Shown one piece after another: positions 12,461 to 27,617 of a stretch of 64,000 nt of DNA. The first letter of the stretch is position 1. Each line of letters starts with the position of its first letter. The stretch is from Eledone cirrhosa (taxonomy: Eukaryota). Location of the stretch: NCBI GenBank assembly GCA_964016885.1, contig OZ024744.1, positions 62,000,001 to 62,064,000 on the forward strand, written 5' to 3'. The notes beneath the pieces are model-generated. The model was not told where the DNA came from and did not search any database. It was given only the letters and a program-made list of their open reading frames with translations. Made by a program: the position numbers and the translations under genes.

Positions 12461-12640
12461 CCATATTTCCCAGTGCCGAAGACACTTCGTCCTCGAGGGC
12501 ACACCCTAATTTTGACAACCAAAAATTAAAAAAAAAAAATAATAAACATAAAAATTCAACTTTCGGCTTCCAGGACGAATGGTAGATTTTTGAGACTTAT
12601 TTTAGGAAAAAAGTAGCCTCTTCAATGCTGGGAAATACTG
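12461..12640. mobile_element. Tc1/mariner (Tc2/pogo-like) MITE
   Basis: Imperfect TIRs ccatatttcccagtgccgaaga / tcttcaatgctgggaaatactg; TA on the left flank. Confidence 0.6.
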
Positions 12641-12675
12641 CAAGCTCGACCTGATGATGATGATGATGATGATGA

Positions 12676-12749
<74 letters not shown>

Positions 12750-12890
12750 GAAAGCAGAAATTCTATGCTTAAACTGTAATCTCTACTACTACTAATAATA
12801 ATAATAATAAATATATATATATATTTATCTCAAGAAAACAAGAAATGAACAAACAAGAGGATGCAGTAACATGAAGTGTATTAGTTTCAG

Positions 12891-12949
<59 letters not shown>

Positions 12950-13446
12950 AGACCCTCTTCCTGCTATATCAAGCATTAACCTAATATATCCCTTCCATAT
13001 GCTGTACCGATTGTGTTGTTATTTCTGTTTACCTTTTACATACATATATACATATACATATACATATATATATATATGTATGTATGTTTGTGTGTGTTCA
13101 GTTAAAGAAATATAGTAGTAAAATAAAATTATTTTTTAAAGAAAAAAAAAAGAAAGCCCCAAAATAAAGAAAAATTAATAAAATGAATTATTATTTAAGG
13201 GAATTTGCGCCATTTATTCAAGAAAATAAACTGGTTACTTACTAAATAAATTATCAACAATTTAGCATTTAAACCAACACCTTGACAAAGTATTTCCTTA
13301 CTCAGCTAGCAATGAAATGGATTGCTAAGCTAGCTTACCAAAACATTCCTTGGATGTTTAACTTAAGTAAGTATTAGATTCTTTGCCTAGTGTTTACATA
13401 ATAACAACTAATAATGTAAACATTTAACATTACTTAATATATGAAT

Positions 13447-13635
13447 GGGCGGTGGATTGGCAGCATCGGTAGAGAGTCGGACGCCATGCTTTCCAGCATA
13501 GTTACGTCCCTTTGCGGTCTGAGTTCAAATCCCGCCGAGGTTAACTTTGCCTTTCATCCTTACGGGGTCGATAAAATAAAGTACCAGTAATGTACTGGGT
13601 AATTGATGGCCTTGTGCCAAAAGTAGAAACAATTA
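13447..13635 (+). mobile_element. tRNA-derived SINE with Nin/Deu-like domain (related pieces on minus strand at ~15905-16100, 19605-19720, 57110-57180)
   Basis: B-box gagttcaaatccc followed by gcctttcatccttacggggtcgataaaataaagtacc; shared 3' end ggccttgtgcc(a/t)aaagtagaaacaatt. Confidence 0.7.
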
Positions 13636-14219
13636 CTTAATATATGAATGTAACTGACAATTACAATCAACCATGCCTTAGGAACAAAACACTTTATCCT
13701 CAGACAACAAAAGATAAAAAGGTATTATCACCCCTCTTTTTTTTTTATTATTCACAATTAAAAAAACAACAGATAAATCTCTGATGTGACCATGAAAGCA
13801 CATCCACCCGACGTTTACAGTAGTATTCAATAAAAATTTAGTTTATACTTGAAAATACATCCGAAAGATGCCACAAAATAATTCTTAGTATAGAGTCAAA
13901 AATTGAAAATTAAGAAATTTTAAGATAAGGATTGACTTTTTTGTATTTGATTTTTTTTTTTCCATAGACATGTCAATCTTATTTTATCATTAACTAAAGC
14001 AGCAAAATTATAAGTCACTTTCAGATGTTGTATTAATGCTAGAGTGAGTGTATGTGTATTTGTGTGTGGCGTTATGCAGTAATACAGAAGACCAGCCGTC
14101 CCATGGGCACAGGCTGAAGCTAAAGCATACATATATATATAATATGCACCATCACACCCCACCTACCCTCCCATATATCTCCCATGAGAACAGCTGTAGC
14201 ATACGTCCAAGGAAGCCTG

Positions 14220-14490
14220 CAGCCCACACTGTAAAGTGGTCATGATGGTGACGTGACAAAAAGCACCCAGCCCTCACTGTAAAGTGGTCGTGTAGGTGTC
14301 ATGACAGAAAGTACCCAGCCCACACTGTAAATGTGGTTGGTGTTAGGAAGGGCATCCAGCTGTAGAAACCAAGCCAGTATCAGTTCTGTATGAACAAGAC
14401 AGTCATCTGACCTGGTTTGTCTCATAACAGGACAACTCGTCTAATCCATGCTAATGTGGAAAAATGGGTGTTAAACTATGATGATGCTGA
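14220..14490 (+). mobile_element. Non-autonomous RTE-related/Ceph-type element with three tandem ~48-bp modules
   Basis: cacactgtaaa(g/t)tggt module x3, then ggttggtgttaggaagggcatccagctgtagaaa and RTE-type tail cgtctaatccatgctaatgtggaaaaatgg...(atg)n. Confidence 0.65.
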
Positions 14491-17400
14491 TAAACAAATA
14501 CACACACGCACATACACTCTTTTATTTACTTCGGTCTGTAGATTGCAACCATCCTGGGCACTGCCTTGATATAGTCAATCATATCAATGTTAGAACTTGT
14601 TTTTCAAATCTGGTGCTTATTTTATCAATTTCTGTTTAGCCAAACTGCTAACTTACAGTACACAGACATATATACATACACAATGGGCTTCAGCAGTTTC
14701 CATCAATCAAATTCCACACACAAGGCATTGGTCAACCAGAGACTGCAGTAGAAAATACTAGCTCATGGTGCCAGACAACAGGGCCAAAACCACTTGGTTA
14801 CAAAACTAACACAACCACACAACCATGTGTATGCATGTGCGCAAGCTTACATGTGACAGGGTTTTATCCATAGTGTCCACCCACTGAACCTGAGGCTACA
14901 GTAGAAGACATCTCTCAATGGGACTGAAACAAAAACCATGTGGTTACTGCTATGTCAGAGTACATTTTGTAAACTGGCTGACAATGAAATGTCAGAGTCT
15001 TTAGTTTTGCTGAGTACTTGGTAACCTCTCTAGTGTTGATACCATGATAAAATGCACCCAGTACACCCTGCAAAGTTGTTGGTGTTAGGAAGGACATCCA
15101 GCAATAGAAATCATGCCAAAATATGGAATGTATGAGTGAGATGTGGTTCTCCATCCTGTATACAAACAAGTATTGATTCAAACCATGACAACTCATCCAA
15201 CTCTCTCTCTCTGAGAGAGAGAGAGATAGTCAGACAGAGACACACAGACAGAGAGAGAGGGGGGGAGAAGGCGAGAGGAGGGAGAAGGAGAGACGAGGTA
15301 TGTAAACGTGTAAATCAAATTAATTGTGATTGCCATTCTAAGATACATTATTATTATCATCGTTTTTACATCTTTTTCATGCTTGCATGGGTTGGACACC
15401 AATACATTATAATTACTATCTTTATGGGCAGAATCTGGGTGGTGGTGGTGGTAGTGGTGGTGGAATGGAGTTATTTAGAACAAATTACATAACCAATTCT
15501 AATGTGGATCTCAATTTCAGTTTCATCAAGTAAATCAGAACTAGGTTAAACCTGCCAGAAATTTCAATCATATTTTCATGTACACCATCATGGTTGCTGT
15601 TATTTTCATGGTAACACTTCTCTTGACGACATTCATAAACCTTAACAACTAAAATCTTCAAACATAGAATCTTAGAGACTCCAACCTGTTATTTAGCCTA
15701 TAGTAACTTTTGTGTGAAAAAGAAATGGAGAGGGACAGAGGAAAGGAGAGGGGATGGGATAGGGAGAAGTGAGGTAGAAGGGACGAGAGAGGGAAAGTGA
15801 AGAAGAGAGAGAAAGGGAGAGAGAGATCTAATTTATAACTATCTCCTAATTTATCATCAACCATCACATCTAATCTATATCTATCTATTTGCATATAATT
15901 CATAATTGTTTTTACTTTTGACACAAGGCCAGCAATTTGAAGTGAAGGGAAAAGTCGGATAAAGTGAATCCTGTGTGATACCGGTATTTATTTTCTCGAC
16001 CTCGTAAAGATGAAAGACAGCAAAATGAGAACGTAAAGGGATGTGGCTATATACCGCAAAGTACATTGTCTGATGCTCTACCGATACTACCAATCCACCA
16101 CCCTTATATAATTCATAATGGAATGTGTTAGTCTAGAAGAAATACCCTATCCACCTCCTCCTCACACCCTGACACAGTCATACACAAAAGTTTTTGTTCT
16201 ATTGCAGTTGACCTTAATATTAAGCCTGCTTCACCACTACCCCACTCCCTCATTCCAAACAACAGTTGTTAAAGTGTTTCAAAGTTTTAACCTTTATAAT
16301 TGAAAGGAAAAGCAAAGGAGCTAATCATCAGATCCTTTGTGGCTTTCCATTGCTGGTACTGTCAGCTGGTCGCAACTCTTGGCAGAAAGAGCAAAGTGAA
16401 CAAAAGTATTTTGCTCAAGAAAACAAGCTGCTTGGTCCAAGTATTGAATCCGCAATCTTGTGATCATGAGTTTGACACCTTAACCACTAGGCTATGCAAT
16501 TTTACTAATGAGAATATTACATTTTAGGAGTGGGGAGGAGCGTTTTAAGGTAATTTTTCCTACTAAAGCAGACATATAAATGTATATGTGCAAACAATCT
16601 ATAACAGAGATATGTATATATGTATGCACATGCAAACACACATGCACATTTTTTTAAATTTGTGTTACAGATAAATCATTGGCGTCACATAAATCCAGGA
16701 GCCTGAAGCCTTCTTTATTTCTCATGCCAAATCCTTCATTTCTGTGGACCCTGTCTAGATATAGAAACATATTGATGGCTTCAGGGAAACCATATGCGGA
16801 AAGGGCATTATTTCAGAGAGTAATATTCTTGGAAAGAAGAACTGGGCACAGTGGTTAGTGCAGTGTAGAAGGCTGCATAATTCTTGAAAGCCTTCCAGTT
16901 ATTACTTTACTGATGAAGAATTCTAACACTCAATTTAACACTTTTGTTACCATATTTCTAATGAAAGACACTACCTGTCATTTAAAAATAATCAAGAATT
17001 GGCAGTGGATCTTTAATATAACACATTTTCTTATTTATCTGGTGTTTCAAACAAAGGTTCTTACATAAAATAATAATGGAAGGTTTTCATATAAATATAA
17101 ACACTTTAACACAAACAGTTGTACATAACAGAACTAAGAGTGGTTTCAGGCAAATTGGTATCAAAGAGTTGAACATGCCTCAATATGAAATATATATTGA
17201 CATAAAACCAATATCAGTCAAAGAGCACTATTCCTGGAATTCAGGCCTGAGTGAATATTTCTGCAATCTATTATATCATTAGAGGAAGCGAGATGCATTT
17301 GTTTTGCAGGACATTGCTGGAGAACTAAGCAATCAAGAATTCACTGTTGATACACTCCTGTGGACACTATATTATAGGTCATTCTGATTACCACCTTTAA

Positions 17401-20400
17401 TCCTTTACCATTTACATTACTCTATATTTACTATTGTATTTTCACAGTGAAAGCTTTATCTCGCATAATATTGAAACTGAGATTTTGATATTCATTTTGA
17501 GAACAATACCCTAACATCAGTATGACTGGCTGGTTATGGTTGGTTTGAACAGAAAGAGGTGAGAGAATTCTGGCAGGATGTGGCCAGTTTAAATGCTCAA
17601 CAGTTAAGGAGAATCTGACCAAATAGACTGTGCAGCAGGAGAGGGACAAAGGGGAGAGAGAGAGAGTGTGTTTGTAAAAGAGTGTAAAAGAGAGAGGGAG
17701 ACTAATTTTTCCATTATTAATTAAACTGTTGTTTGAAACATAACAGGTTTTTTATGTAAAGTTTTGAGTGCATGTTTAAATTTAAATATCAATACTTTAA
17801 AAAGAACAATTTTGTATGATAGAATCACAGGCAGTTTTGAGTGGCTTGGTATCAAAAGTGGTTAAAGACTTCACCATTGATGTGTAGATTGAAAACACTG
17901 TAGCAGTTACAAACTACATGTGAAATTAAGAGTATGGAGCCTTGATCTTGTTACTACTACTACTACTACTTAGACACATTTTCTTATGGGAATTACTGGC
18001 TCTTACACCTTACATTCTGAGACAATAAGTATCTCTTGTCTGCAGATTCAACATCAACAAGGAGGAGTGAAATTATGTACCAGATGGAAAGCATTTATAG
18101 AACAAGGATGAGTGAACAAAGGTAGGATAAAACACACCTCTTTATTTACTAGTTCGGGGGAGGTGGGTTTATTATTTTTTGTAGTCGTGGTGGTCTCCTT
18201 TTATGGCACAAATTGATTTTTAAAAAGAGACGAGAAAGAATAAAAATGGAAAAACTCAAGGTTAAAAGGTACACATGTAAAGTGAATATACACATATAAT
18301 ATATATACACATAATATATATAGATATAAACACACACATATACAGAGAGAGAGAGACTAACAATGCACTACAAGGTTCATATGTATATATCTATTTTATA
18401 TATGTGCGTCAGTGTGGAGGAAGAGGTGGGTGGAGAGAGGAGGTGACAGATAAACACATCCATACACACACTAATAGTCAGAAATTGGCAGACATGCAGA
18501 GACAGGGAGATTTAAAAAATCTGCTTATACTTAATTAAGGGGGTAAAAAAGAAGGGGAGGGGGAGAGGGTGGCAATGTATTTATAATGAATCATTTTTAT
18601 TACCTAAGCCCTAATATATTTACAATATAAATCTTAAAGAGTTGCAGAATATCTTTAAGGGTTTGATTTACTCCTATGAGTGACTGCCAACTTATTCCAT
18701 CTGTGATGGAAAGTTGAATATAATAGGTTTCTGTGTTTTAACTATAACAATATGCAGCTTGACATTTCTTTAGCGTGAAGAGTTCTTTAGATGAATATTC
18801 AGGTTTACAATAGGTGTGCCGTTAATTTGTGTCATAAGAGGTGGCTAAAAAAGGGTTTGTGTCAGGAAGGATATTTGGCTGTAAAACATCACTCCAAAAA
18901 ATCCTGTCCAATCCATAATGAAAATGGAGGTGGTAGTGCTGATGGTGATGAAGATGTTTGTATTGAAGATGGCGATGATAAATGATGACAGTGATGATGA
19001 TTGCAATAACGTTTGTGATGAAAGAGATGATGTCATAATGATGGTGGTGGTGGTATAAAGATATAGAATGGAGTTTAAAACAAAACGATATACAACGATA
19101 ATATAGAAATGAAAGTGAATAATAATCAAATTAACATTTTTTGTTGTACATATTAAGGAATAGAAATATTAATGGTAAACATCTGCTAAAATAACAATGA
19201 GTAGAACAATACTTCGCTGAGGAGGTCTAATAAGACAGAAACAATGCCAGGAATCCCTATAGATTTAGCTGCCATATAAAGGTTTCCCTAAATAATAAGG
19301 TAGAATGCATTAGATAATGTAGTCCTAGATACACTAGGTCTAAACAGTAAATCACTCACACACACACACATTCATTTTCCATGCTTGCATGGATTGGACA
19401 GGTCGTGTGTGTGTATTGAGATTTTGTAGGTTAAGCAGATAAGTCACATGATAGATTTTACATTGTATTTTCATGGAAAAGAGATATGACAAGAATATAC
19501 AGTCTTTATCATGGATTTTGAAAGAAAATTCCTAGTTTTCAAATATACCGAGATACTATTATGAAAACTGTAACACTATCCTAATAATTATTTTCCTTCT
19601 TAATAATTGTTTCTACTTTAGGCACAAGGCCAGCAATTACCCAGCTCATTACTGGTACTTTATTTTATCGACCCCATAAGGATGAAAGGCAAAGTCAACC
19701 TCGGTGGGATTTGAACTCCTTTTTAATAATAATATTTGATAAGCACAAACATAACTGTGTGGTTAAGAAGCACACTTTGTATATGCAGTTTCTGGTTCAA
19801 TCCTACTGTGAGACACCATTGGTAAGTGTCTTTTACTGGAGCCTCATGTTGATCAATGCTTTTTGTTCAAAATGACTAACCAGCTGTAAGTGGCTGCTCA
19901 TACTGATGTTAAGGTATTCTTCTCAAAATAATATCAATATCTCAGATTCGATATTATGTGAGATAATTATGAGAGATTCAGACTTTACTGTGAAAATACA
20001 ATATTATATATAGAGTAATGTAAATGCTAATGGGTTAAGACAATGCCCCAACATGGTCACAGACTAATGGAACCAGTAAAAGTGTAAAAGAAAGTAGAGT
20101 ATCACTATATGCGGTCTAGTAAAGGATGTGAGCAAGAGTTTTTTTTTTTTACATAGAGTTATTTATATTGAATCTAGTACCTCAGCATATTTCTGTAGGA
20201 AAATGTCTATCATTTTCTTTGATGATTTTTTTTTTTCAAGAGGGAAGGAGGGGAACACATGCGAAGAGTAATTTGCACATAAAAGAAAAAAAAAGAGAAA
20301 ATAAATGTGTTTATCAAGTTATATGTATTTTTTTCATAACTTGAGGGGTTGATATTTGAAGCTGACTACAATGAAGTTTATTCACTCACAATGCAAGAAT

Positions 20401-21468
20401 TTGGAATAATTCTATTTTCCACTTTAGGGTCAAATTCCAGTTGAAATGAAATTGGTTTATGAACCCTGCAAAACTTGTGACTTCAGTGATTTAGTGAACA
20501 CAGCAGCTCTGCCTGCTACTAATCTTCCTCAATGACAACTTTTCTTAATAAGGCAACAAGCTACTCTTTTGTTACCATATTTCTAATGAAAGACTGCTTC
20601 AAGTAATTTTGAAAATAATCAAATATTTTGAGGGATTTAGTAAAACTAACTTTTTCATTATTATTTTGGTGTTTGGATCATTTGAAAATTATGATGGAAT
20701 GTTTTTTTTTTAGATAAATATTAATATTTAAAACTTTTCATTGCCATATTTCTAATAAAAGACATTGCCCTATAATTTTTCAAGTAATTTTTTAAATAAT
20801 CAAGAATTTTGTGTTTGGAACATTGCATAGCATTTAAACTAGCCATATCCAGCTGGAATTCTCTCGCCTCTTTCTGTTCAAACCAGCTGTAACTGGCTGC
20901 TCACACTAATGTTATGGTATTGTTCTCAAAATAAATAACATCAAAATCTTGTAGATTCAATATTATGTGAGATAAAGCCTTTACCACAAAAATACAATAA
21001 TATATATAGAGTAATGTAAATGCTAAAGGGTTAAATTATGTTGTTGAATTTTAGATGAACAGCTTACTAACATAGGAACACTGGTAGGGGGTTTCAGGCA
21101 GTTTGGTATCTAAAGGGTTAATTCTTTCATTATGATTGGTCATTCATTGTTTTTTGTCAATTTATTGGACCAATGAGAGAGCAGTACTTTTCAGCCATGA
21201 ACTGGTTATATAAACAGAACTACAAGATGTCCATCTTTTTTTTTGTACAGAACTAAGCCTGAGCAGAATTTGGCTGTTGTCTGTTAGTGTTCAGATGATA
21301 TTAGTTGAAGATATATTTCATCTTAATGAGACATTGATTTGCTGTACCTTGATTCTGCCAGTTAACAAACCAGTTATGTTGACATCCTTTCTGTAATGTC
21401 AACAACATTATCTCTTCATGCTACATACATGTGACCCAATGGAATTATATTTCATAAACGGAAACACA

Positions 21469-21560
21469 GAGCTGAAATGGCTCTTCCAGCGCGTCTCCCT
21501 CACCATCCTCTGGGGAAACGCCTTCTCTATTTTGTCTGCCGGGGCAGCCAGCACATGGGC
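21469..21560 (+). mobile_element. CRE-clade non-LTR retrotransposon C-terminal relic
   Basis: Frame ELKWLFQRVSLTILWGNAFSILSAG resembles the CRE terminal motif LFQRLSxAIQRGNA; GC-rich island; frame not shown in the ORF track. Confidence 0.6.
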
Positions 21561-21699
21561 CCCCAATTGCTCATAATAGTGAGAGATAGGGAGAGCAGGA
21601 GACATGGAGGCAGTGACAGTGGGAGTTTGGTTCGTTTGTGTTCGGAACTAGTGTATATGTATGTTTCACAGGCACACATTACTTCTACATCTCCTTCCT

Positions 21700-21913
21700 T
21701 TAACCCTTTAGCATTTAAATCGGCCATATCCGGACAGAATTCGCTCATCTCTTTCTGTTTAAACCAGCTGCTCATACTGATCTTAAGGTATTGTTCTCAA
21801 AATAAATAATATCAAAATCTCATAGATTCAATACTATGTGAGATAATTATGTGAGGTAAAGCCTTTACCATGAAAATACTAAATATAGAGTAATGTAAAT
21901 GCTAAAGGGTTAA
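21700..21913. mobile_element. piggyBac-like MITE (other copies ~17395-17630, ~19860-20038, ~20825-21034)
   Basis: Perfect inverted ends TTAAccctttagcattta ... taaatgctaaagggTTAA; internal sequence shared with the three other copies. Confidence 0.8.
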
Positions 21914-22194
21914 ACCAAACATTATTTGTATAAATATTGAAAGGAAAATTGTTATTTACCTCTATATAAATTATTGTCTAACTAAAACTAGTACTGTATA
22001 AACAGTTGGAAGTAAATAAATTGAACTATCATTCACTCAGAGAAACAGAGGTCCATCTTCTTGTGGTATAGAAAATGTATAAAAGAAATTATATGTGTAT
22101 GTAGGTATATATATAGGTAGAAGGAGATGGGATTTGAACTCAAAGGACAGAACTAAATCAGATACCACAAAACATGTGACTATCACATGAAGTA

Positions 22195-22605
22195 AGTGCA
22201 AATATTAGATGGGGTAAGTGAACATCACATGGGGGAGAGGTAAGTGTGAATATCACGTGGTAAGTCTGAATATCACATGGTGTTAAGTGTAAATGTCACA
22301 TGGTGTTAAGTGTAAATGTCACATGGTGTTAAGTGTAAATGTCACATGGTGTTAAGTGTAAATATCACATGGTGTTAAGTGTAAATATCACATGGTGTTA
22401 AGTGTAAATATTACATGGGGTAAGTAAATATTACATGGGGCAAGTGTAAATATTACATGGGGGTAAGTGAGAATATCACATGGGGGTAAGTGAGAATATC
22501 ACATTGGGTAAGGTGTGAATATCACATGGGGTAAGGTGTGAATATCATCTGGTGTTAAGTGTGAATATTACATGGGGTCAGTGATTATTACATGAGGTAA
22601 GTGTG
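22195..22605. repeat. ~23-bp minisatellite
   Basis: Unit taagtgtaaat(a/g)tcacatggtgt, homogeneous centre and decayed edges. Confidence 0.9.
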
Positions 22606-23238
22606 GATGACATTGATCTTCAAGAGTACGATAAAAGTTTTGCATCGCTAAAATGCTTTTGTTTTAGAATGAGCTGTAAAAATAAGGGAAGATAATTTAA
22701 AATGTCAGAATTATCTAAGTTAAGAATTAGGTTATAAGAGGGAAGAGATCTGACTCATATTTCTTGTGTCATTGATGTGCACTCTATTGGAAACACTGAA
22801 TCTATCTTCAGACCACATATTTTATTCCATTTATCGTGCTCTACTTAACTGTAAAATTAGCTAATTCATTCAGGAGATTTAGTAAATAAGGAGCAGTTTG
22901 TCTTTCATCTGTCTTGTACTTGTATATCTCTCTATGTATACCTTATGTCTATCTATCAGTCTATGAATGCCTTAGGTGTGTATGTACATGTATGTATGTG
23001 TATGTATGTATGTGTATGTATGTATAAAGCCTTAAATAAGTACTGACCTCATGAGTCAACTGACCTGTGGAAAGAATATTAACATTTAACAATTGCTATT
23101 GATGAAGGCATGTGGCATCAAGGTTCAAGTGTTTCATTCACAATTGTCAAGTGGTGAGTTAGATTCTTGGACCAGGCAATATCTTGCGTACTTGAGCAAA
23201 ACACTTTATTTCATGTAGCTCCAGTTTACTCAGCTGAC

Positions 23239-23438
23239 NNNNNNNNNNNNNNNNNNNNNNNNNNNNNNNNNNNNNNNNNNNNNNNNNNNNNNNNNNNNNN
23301 NNNNNNNNNNNNNNNNNNNNNNNNNNNNNNNNNNNNNNNNNNNNNNNNNNNNNNNNNNNNNNNNNNNNNNNNNNNNNNNNNNNNNNNNNNNNNNNNNNNN
23401 NNNNNNNNNNNNNNNNNNNNNNNNNNNNNNNNNNNNNN
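23239..23438. other. Assembly gap (200 N), interrupting a SINE
   Basis: Run of N. Confidence 1.
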
Positions 23439-23508
23439 AAGGGTGAAAGCAGCGATTCTTTGCTTAAACTTTAATCTGTTATTTTAATAAATAATGTATG
23501 TATATATA

Positions 23509-23562
<54 letters not shown>

Positions 23563-23691
23563 GTGTATTATATATATTATATATATATGTGTATATATAT
23601 TTGTGTATATATATATATATGTACATTTAATATGTGTATATATATAATGTATATATATATATGTATATATATATATGTATATATATATGTG

Positions 23692-23741
<50 letters not shown>

Positions 23742-24036
23742 TATATGTGTATATATATATATGTATATATATATGTATATATATGGTTATATATATGTGT
23801 ATATATATATGTATATATATATATATATATGTGTATATATATATATGTATATATATATGTGTATATATATATGTATATATATATGTGTATATATATATAT
23901 ATATATATGTTATATATATATATGTGTATATATATATATATATATATGTGTATATATATATATATATGTGTATATATATATATATATATGTGTATATATA
24001 TGTGTATATATGTGTATATATAGTATATATATAGTG

Positions 24037-24069
<33 letters not shown>

Positions 24070-24117
24070 GTGTATATATATATATGTATATATATATATG
24101 TGTATATATATATATAT

Positions 24118-24151
<34 letters not shown>

Positions 24152-24255
24152 ATGTGTATATATGTATATATATATATGTTATATATATATATATATGTAT
24201 ATATATATGTATATATATATGTGTATATATATATATATATGTATATATATATGTG

Positions 24256-24288
<33 letters not shown>

Positions 24289-24380
24289 GTATATATATAT
24301 ATGTGTATATATATATATATATTTATATATATGTGTATATATATATATATATGTATATATATGTGTATATATGTATATAT

Positions 24381-24418
<38 letters not shown>

Positions 24419-24573
24419 GTGTATATATATATATATGTATATATATATGTGTATATATATATATATGTATATATATATGTGTATATATGTATATATATAT
24501 ATGTATGTATATATATATGTATATATGTATATATATATGTATATATATATATATGTGTATATATGTATATATA

Positions 24574-24618
<45 letters not shown>

Positions 24619-24660
24619 ATATATATATATATATTATATATATATGTATATATATATGTG

Positions 24661-24695
<35 letters not shown>

Positions 24696-24742
24696 ATAGT
24701 ATATATATATGTGTATATAATATATATATATATATGTATATA

Positions 24743-24829
<87 letters not shown>

Positions 24830-24870
24830 GTGTATATATATGTATATATTATATGTGTATATATATAGTG

Positions 24871-24907
<37 letters not shown>

Positions 24908-25189
24908 GTGTATATATATATGTATATATATATGTATATATATATGTATATATATATGTATATATATATGTATATATATATGTATATATATATGTATATA
25001 TATATGTATATATATATGTATACATATAATATATGTATATATATGTATATATATATGTATATATATATGTATATATATATATATGTATAATATATTACAT
25101 ATATATATGTATAATATATATATGTATAATATATATATGTATAATATATATATGTATATATATATGTATATATATGTATACATATATAT

Positions 25190-25536
25190 GGAGGCACATG
25201 GCTTAGTGGTTAGAGCATTGGCCTTGCAATCGAAAGGTTGTGAGTTCAATTCTCAGACCGGGTGATGTGTTGTTTCCTTGAGCAAGAGACTTTATTTCAC
25301 ATTGCTCCAGTTTACTCAGCTGTAGAAATGAGATGATAGGGACTGGGGTCTCTATCATTCCACTGCAAAGTGGTCGTGGAGGTGCCACGGCAAAAAAGCA
25401 CCCAGCACTCACTGTAAATGAGGTTGGTGTTAGGAAGGGCATCCAGCTGTAGAAATCAAGCCAGAATCAGTTACCGTCCCACCCTTGCACGCAGGGAAAA
25501 GCTGACGTAAAATGAAATGATGATGATGATGATGAT
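25190..25536 (+). mobile_element. Young tRNA-SINE with RTE-A 3' tail (copy 1)
   Basis: ggaggcacatggcttagtgg (A box), gagttcaattc (B box), ccttgagcaag domain, ggaagggcatcc motif, tail ccgtcccacccttgca..gcagggaaaag..gacgtaaa(atg)n. Confidence 0.9.
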
Positions 25537-25929
25537 ATATATGTGTATATATATATGTGTATATGTATATATGTATATGTATATATGTGTATATGTATAT
25601 ATGTGTATATGTATATATATATATATATGTATATATGTGTGTGTATATATATATGTGTATATATATATGTATATATGTATATATATACATGTATATATAT
25701 ATATGTAAACATATATATATACATATATATATGTATATATATATATGTAAACATATATATATATGTATATATATATATGTAAACACATATATATATACAT
25801 ATATATATGTATATATATATATGTAAACATATATATATATGTATATATATGTATATATGTATATATATGTATATATATGTATATATGTATATATATATAT
25901 GTAAACATATATATATGTATATATATGTA

Positions 25930-25983
<54 letters not shown>

Positions 25984-25984
25984 A

Positions 25985-26205
25985 ATCTGTACGCTGTAAT
26001 GTGGCCGTGTAGGCAACACGGTAAAAACCTCCCAGACCCACACTGTAAATGTGGTTGGTGTTAGGAAGGGCATCCAACTGTAGAAAACCTGCCAGACAGT
26101 CCTATGCGAGCAAGACAACCACTCTTGCCTCAAGTGGGACTACCCCGTCCAAACCCATGCAAGCGTGGAACACGGACGTTAAACCTGATGATGAGGATGA
26201 TGATA
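25985..26205 (+). mobile_element. 3' UTR fragment of RTE family B (also minus strand at 52353-52531 and 55563-55958; plus strand at 61335-61662)
   Basis: Near-identical to the 3' UTRs at 33525-33740 and 37130-37333. Confidence 0.85.
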
Positions 26206-26814
26206 TGTATATATGTAAACATATATGTATATATATATATATATATATATGTAAATATGTATATATATATATGTATATATATATGTATATATGTAATATG
26301 TATATATATATATATATGTATATATGTAAATATGTATATATATATATATGTATATATGTAAATATGTATATATATATATATGTATATATGTAAACATATA
26401 TATATGTAAATATGTATATATATATGTAAACATATATATATATATATATAGATACATATATATGTATATATATGTATATATATATGTTTACATATATATA
26501 TGTTTACATATATATGTATACATATATATATATGTTTACATATATATACATATATATATGTATATATGTATATATATATATACATATATATATGTATATA
26601 TGTATACATATATATATATGTATATACATATATATATGTATATATGTATACATATATATATATATATATACATATATATGTATACATATATATATATATA
26701 TATACATATATATGTATACATATGTATATATATATACATATATATATGTATACATATATATACATATATAAACATATATATATATGTATACATATATATA
26801 CATATATTTTTTTT

Positions 26815-27152
26815 TCTTGTCTAAGGCGGGTAAAATTCCCGAGATCCATGGACGAGTTCTCTCCAGCGGTCTCTGTCCCTCCTTATCGCTGCCATGTCCT
26901 GCGTCTCCAACAGACCAGTGTCTGTTCTTAGGGCATCAACATACGTTAACCTTGGTCTTCCTCTTCTAGTGTGTCCATGTAGGGGCTCCCAAAGGAGCAC
27001 TGAGTGCAATGTCAACTCTAGATGTCGGTGAGCATGTCCAGCCAACCTCAGTCTCCTCTGTGTCACTTATGAGCTGACTTTTGGGATGCTCCCATACAGC
27101 TCTGAGTTTTTCATCCTCAGTGTATCCTGATTAATGTTCAGAGCCATCCTCA
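26815..27152 (-). mobile_element. 3' fragment of a third RTE-like LINE family
   Basis: LRMALNI...QRRLRLAGHAHRH...[20 protein letters not shown]-terminal motifs. Confidence 0.8.
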
Positions 27153-27154
27153 GC

Positions 27155-27191
<37 letters not shown>

Positions 27192-27225
27192 CATATATAT
27201 GCATATATATGTATACATATATATA

Positions 27226-27274
<49 letters not shown>

Positions 27275-27276
<2 letters not shown>

Positions 27277-27617
27277 AGGCACATTGCTTAGTGGTTAGAT
27301 CATTGGCCTTGCAATCGAAAGGTTGTGAGTTCAATTCTCAGACCGGGTGATGTGTTGTTTCCTTGAGCAAGACACTTTATTTCACATTGCTCCAGTTTAC
27401 TCAGCTGTAGAAATGAGATGATAGGGACTAGGATCCCTATCATTCCACTACAAAGTGGTCGTGGAGGTGCCATGGAAAAAAAGCACCCAGTACTCACTGT
27501 AAATAAGGTTGGTGTTAGGAAGGGCATCCAGCTGTAGAAATCATGCCAGAATCAGTTCCCGTCCCACCCTTGCAAGCAGGGAAAAGTGGACGTTAAATGA
27601 AATGATGATGATGATGA
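27275..27617 (+). mobile_element. Young tRNA-SINE with RTE-A tail (copy 2)
   Basis: Near-identical to 25190-25536. Confidence 0.9.

Noticed and set aside
12436-12522. N-terminal 29 aa of the 1046-aa RTE ORF
   Set aside because: Read-through from a MITE and a microsatellite, not part of the LINE
22195-22605. CRISPR-like appearance of short repeats
   Set aside because: Contiguous units with no unique spacers, in eukaryotic DNA; a minisatellite
25190-25262. tRNA gene (also at other SINE heads)
   Set aside because: A/B boxes are present but the acceptor stem does not pair properly and the sequence runs into SINE body and tail
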